Source of the DNA: Octopus sinensis
Lineage: Eukaryota
Assembly (NCBI RefSeq): GCF_006345805.1
Contig: NW_021832844.1
Location: forward strand, 1 to 64,000
DNA length: 64,000 nt
Direction: 5' to 3'
The notes beneath the pieces are model-generated. The model was not told the DNA's origin. It worked only from the letters and a program-made list of their open reading frames with translations, and searched no databases. Of this stretch, positions 63,621 to 64,000 are shown one piece after another (positions within the stretch are counted from its first letter, which is position 1; each line of letters begins with the position of its first letter). The position numbers and the translations under genes were made by a program.

Positions 63621-64000
63621 ATGATGGAAGGACTGTTTTCGTCAATTCTCGACACCACAAAATTGGGAGCTCTAATAAAGCCACTGACCATAAAAGACGT
63701 GTGTCCTCACTCCTAATGCTTAGTACGCACATGTGGTAATAACACAAGACGGCCTAAGACTGACAGCCGACGACTGTAAAAGTGTCCAAATTAATGCATA
63801 TATCAATCAAGACTTATTTGAAGAATATCAATTAAAAATAGATAAAATTCAATTTATAATTAATATATCAATTTTAATAGTATGTTAAGTAATACATTTT
63901 AGGATGTCCTCTCTGTGTGTGACTCCCTCCACAGTGGGGATGCCGTGGTGTATGTCCTCTTTGGTCTCCCTCAACTGGGCTGTCCCTTAAAACTCCAGTT
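63621..64000 (+). CDS. RAD1: Checkpoint clamp subunit RAD1, 5' part running off the window
   Basis: YAHVVITQDGLRLTADDCKSVQINAYI..DLFEEY and LGCPLKL parallel RAD1 ATCFATKNGIKVTVENAKCVQANAFI and YGYPLML. Confidence 0.75.

Overview
AT-rich eukaryotic nuclear DNA, not prokaryotic. Host genes are split by very short GT-AG introns (22-31 nt where I could reconstruct them), use the standard code, look metazoan, and include cilia-associated genes (CFAP100, FHAD1). This best fits a highly reduced ciliated animal such as a dicyemid (inference). Compact gene islands alternate with TE-dense blocks. Genes: SEC23, UTP18, ATP5PD, RANBP9/10, a divergent proteasome beta5-like subunit, a BET bromodomain gene, an M3-family pseudo-peptidase, RBBP4, BLOC1S2, TACO1, R3HDM4-like, CFAP100, a TspanC8-like tetraspanin and RAD1. 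TEs: nested Tc1/mariner, pogo, two hAT families, and CRE-, R4-, RTE- and I/Jockey-like non-LTR retroelements. The top signal is an 18.5-kb segment (26985-45458) bounded by complementary ends of one hAT family and flanked by the same 8-bp duplication GCGTAGAG. That is the signature of a macrotransposon or of an integrated DNA circle. It carries a 28S rRNA fragment, a truncated FHAD1, an intron-retaining MCM7 fragment, the beta5-like gene and a satellite. Other notable items: CRE-like retroelements with an in-frame PHD half-finger, a CRE endonuclease fused in frame to a satellite-encoded repeat, several host proteins with lost key residues, and a recurrent TG(T/G)GGTG-like motif before start codons. 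All homology calls come from motif recognition by eye, and some frameshifts may be assembly errors.
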